DNA of 63,774 nt, the filler included, from Lama guanicoe (Eukaryota), in NCBI GenBank assembly GCA_013239625.1. It is 158 parts of 158 records of this genome, joined end to end, with 100 filler letters (N's around TTAATTAATTAA, not from the genome) between each part and the next. Parts side by side here need not be neighbours in the genome. Positions count along the whole stretch, not along the records: positions 61,037 to 61,341 come from PNXV01054843.1; positions 61,442 to 61,747 come from PNXV01054844.1; positions 61,848 to 62,152 come from PNXV01054845.1; positions 62,253 to 62,557 come from PNXV01054846.1; positions 62,658 to 62,962 come from PNXV01054847.1; positions 63,063 to 63,368 come from PNXV01054848.1; positions 63,469 to 63,774 come from PNXV01054849.1; 151 more parts are not named here. One strand, written 5' to 3'. Position 1 is the stretch's first letter. Each line of letters begins with the position of its first letter. The translations under genes were made by a program, and so were the position numbers. Below are positions 61,037-63,774 of this stretch, piece after piece. The notes under the pieces were generated by a model that did not search any database, had not been told where the DNA came from, and worked only from the letters and a program-made list of their open reading frames with translations.

Positions 61037-61341
61037 GGGTCCGTGGCTACGGGATCCTGGCTTCGGGTGCGGTTTGGGCCAGTGACCGTGGGGGCCTTGT
61101 TTGGGCCAGTGGTCACGGAGGCCGGGTGTGGGGAGAGGTTTGGGCCTGTGGTCGCGGGGGCCTGGTTTGGGCCATTGGTCACGGTGGCCTGGTCTGGGGA
61201 GTAGTTTGGGCTAGTGGTCGAAGGGGCCGGGTTTGTAGAGCGGTTTGGGCCAGTGTTCGCGGGGGCCTGGACTGGGGTGCGGTTTGGGCCATTGGTAGCG
61301 GGGGCCTGTCCTTGGGACCGTTTTGAGTCAGTGGTCGCGGG
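61037..61341. repeat. GC-rich tandem repeat of 27-bp and 39-bp units (satellite or coding VNTR)
   Basis: A GGTTTGGGCCAGTGGTCGCGGGGGCCT-like core starts at 61071, 61098, 61137, 61164, 61203, 61242, 61281 and ~61320. Confidence 0.92.
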
Positions 61342-62657
61342 NNNNNNNNNNNNNNNNNNNNNNNNNNNNNNNNNNNNNNNNNNNNTTAATTAATTAANNN
61401 NNNNNNNNNNNNNNNNNNNNNNNNNNNNNNNNNNNNNNNNNCCAGCTCTTTACTAGTTCTATGACCCTGAAAGAATCACTCATTCTCTCCGTATATATTG
61501 TACATCTCCTGTAGGGCACAGAGCCACAGGCAAAAAGTTAAAAGGTGGGTTCTATTTTCAAAGAGTTCATGTTTTCCAAGGACATCAGGCATTGGGGAAC
61601 CCGGCACCTGGCATGAGGGCCCTACTGAGGACGCAGGCCTCTCTCTGCCCCTCCATCAAATGAAGAAGGTTAAGGAGCTGCCACTGCGGTTCTTTCTTGG
61701 GGAATAAATCCGAGTGCTGTGCAGGTTGACTCTGGCCATTTTGGCCANNNNNNNNNNNNNNNNNNNNNNNNNNNNNNNNNNNNNNNNNNNNTTAATTAAT
61801 TAANNNNNNNNNNNNNNNNNNNNNNNNNNNNNNNNNNNNNNNNNNNNTAGGCTTTTCAGCTACCATTTCCCACGAAAGGCCAATTTTGAAATAGCCTCTA
61901 ATATATCACTTCCAAAAAAAAACAATGTTTTCTTCTTGGTCATCTGAATTTGTGGGTGGAAATTTATGTGCATTATGTAGAGAAGACATTTCTAGCCATC
62001 AGATCAAGAGCAAGAGAAGAACTTGCTCCAGACCTGGAGAAATTGTTCTCATTGAAGAGAGATTGGATGAGCACCCAGCAGACGTTAGAATGCATCTTAG
62101 CCAAACAGGAGCTCTTTGAATTCTTTTTTTGAGAATCTGAGCATTTTCTTATNNNNNNNNNNNNNNNNNNNNNNNNNNNNNNNNNNNNNNNNNNNNTTAA
62201 TTAATTAANNNNNNNNNNNNNNNNNNNNNNNNNNNNNNNNNNNNNNNNNNNNTTTTCCCTTTTTTTCTTGCAAAGTCTTTTAAAACGACAACCTGTGAAA
62301 GTGACATAGCTATAATGAATGCTTATTATGATAAACTCCAAATTCTACTTAGATTATTAACATCTTGATACTAGGTTTTTCAATCAAAATTACGGTATCA
62401 TACAGAGGAGAGGCAAGACTCAAGACCACCTTGCTGGTGTGAACATGGCACAGGGGTTAGGGTTCTGGAATTGGCCGCAACATCATTTGCAACATCCTGA
62501 TTGTGGCACGGGCAATAGAGCCATTGGCATTCCAGTTCTCAGTGTGGTCGGGGAGTCNNNNNNNNNNNNNNNNNNNNNNNNNNNNNNNNNNNNNNNNNNN
62601 NTTAATTAATTAANNNNNNNNNNNNNNNNNNNNNNNNNNNNNNNNNNNNNNNNNNNN

Positions 62658-62962
62658 AAAAAAAAGATTATTCCATGTCTTTTCACAGCTTGATAGCTCA
62701 TTGTTTTTAGTGCTGAATAATATTTCATTATATGGATGTAACACAATTTATTTATCCACTCACCTACTGCAGGACATCTTGATTGCTTTGCAGTTTTGGC
62801 AATTATACATAAAACTATATAAACATCCATGTGCAAACTTTTGTGTGCACATAATTTTCAAATCTTTTGGATAAATGCCAAGGAGCATAAATACTGGATC
62901 ATATGTTGAGAGTATATTTAGCTTTGTAAGAAGGCATCAAACTGTCATCCAAAGTGGCTGTA
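62658..62962 (-). mobile_element. Old L1M ORF2-end / 3' fragment
   Basis: TTATCCACTCACCTACTGCAGGACATCTTGATTGCTT...AAACATCCATGTGCA...AAACTGTCATCCAAAGTGGCTGTA. Confidence 0.9.
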
Positions 62963-63774
62963 NNNNNNNNNNNNNNNNNNNNNNNNNNNNNNNNNNNNNN
63001 NNNNNNTTAATTAATTAANNNNNNNNNNNNNNNNNNNNNNNNNNNNNNNNNNNNNNNNNNNNTGGAAGCTTCTTTAGGGCTGGCAGAAAACCTTCCCATA
63101 TTTTAAATTCCCTACAGAAAGACTCTCTATATTGTAAAGAATCTAACATTTGTTGAATTTAGGTACTGGGGAAGGGTCTGGATAACTAAACGTCACTGAT
63201 AACATTTAAGAATTTATTTCATCTACCAAATCTTACTTAAATTTATTGACAAGAGTATAATGATCAATTTGAGAGTGCCCCTTTTTATTCTTCTGTTTAG
63301 TATAGTTGAGAAGCAACGTATTTATAAGAGTTGTATGTGGATTATCCAGAACCACAATATGTCCTGTANNNNNNNNNNNNNNNNNNNNNNNNNNNNNNNN
63401 NNNNNNNNNNNNTTAATTAATTAANNNNNNNNNNNNNNNNNNNNNNNNNNNNNNNNNNNNNNNNNNNNTCTCCCTGTATCTTCGATTCCCCCTTCCCCAA
63501 ATCTCTCCGATCCTAATAGCCCTCAGTGGGGCCCTGATATTTCTGGCGGTTTGTATGCTGGTTTATTCTGAAAGAGTGTTGGCCTCTCATTCTCAGATTC
63601 CTCCATCCTCTGTTGGAGGTCATTTGTGAATGAAGAGCCACCGTCTCCAGCACGTGTATTGCCATATGAATAGTGAGGTCCTTTCAGACACCCTTTGTAT
63701 GACCTGAGGAGGAAGGAATTGGGGAGCTAGGATGGAGGGGGAAGTTTTAGTGTAATCGCTCCCCAGGTTAAACT

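Larger units (their letters stand above)
1..63774. other. Artificial pseudo-scaffold of ~158 unplaced ~300-bp contigs joined by identical spacers
   Basis: The same spacer recurs every ~403-406 bp throughout. Fragment lengths rise from 303 (1-303, 404-706) to 306 (63469-63774). Adjacent fragments are unrelated in content and GC. Confidence 0.98.

Noticed and set aside
61925..62132. Two overlapping ~60-aa ORFs
   Set aside because: No recognised domain or splice context; consistent with chance.
1373..62836. Numerous ORFs in the supplied track ending in XXXX/LIN/N
   Set aside because: They read through N runs and stop in the linker. The rest are chance ORFs or L1 remnants.
348..63424. Regularly spaced identical palindromic 12-mer with unique intervening sequence, resembling a CRISPR array or PacI-site array
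   Set aside because: Each copy sits in the middle of exactly 88 Ns, the intervening pieces are ~300-bp mammalian genomic fragments, and there are no cas genes. It is an assembly linker.

Overview
This is not a contiguous locus. It is an artificial concatenation of about 158 unrelated orphan contigs of about 300 bp, sorted by length (303 rising to 306 bp). Each pair is joined by the same 100-bp spacer, N44-TTAATTAATTAA-N44, which has stop codons in all six frames, so neighbouring fragments have no biological adjacency and ORFs ending in XXX/LIN are artefacts. The DNA is from a placental mammal, most likely a camelid, judged from three copies of a tRNA-derived vic-1-type SINE and cetartiodactyl-type L1 3' ends. 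Most recognisable sequence is L1, L2, MIR, MER and MaLR debris, microsatellites, two satellite-like tandem repeats and a few CpG-island pieces. The only confidently recognised coding sequence is the 3' end of a group-B SRCR exon (DMBT1-like). I found no evidence for a multi-gene novel system. The best leads are small: L1 fragments rewritten towards GC, a pair of ~97%-identical bubble-arm contigs with strongly polarised differences, a fully open Pro/Thr/Asn-rich tandem repeat, a candidate 8-nt microexon, and a CTCF + ARE + TATA cluster.
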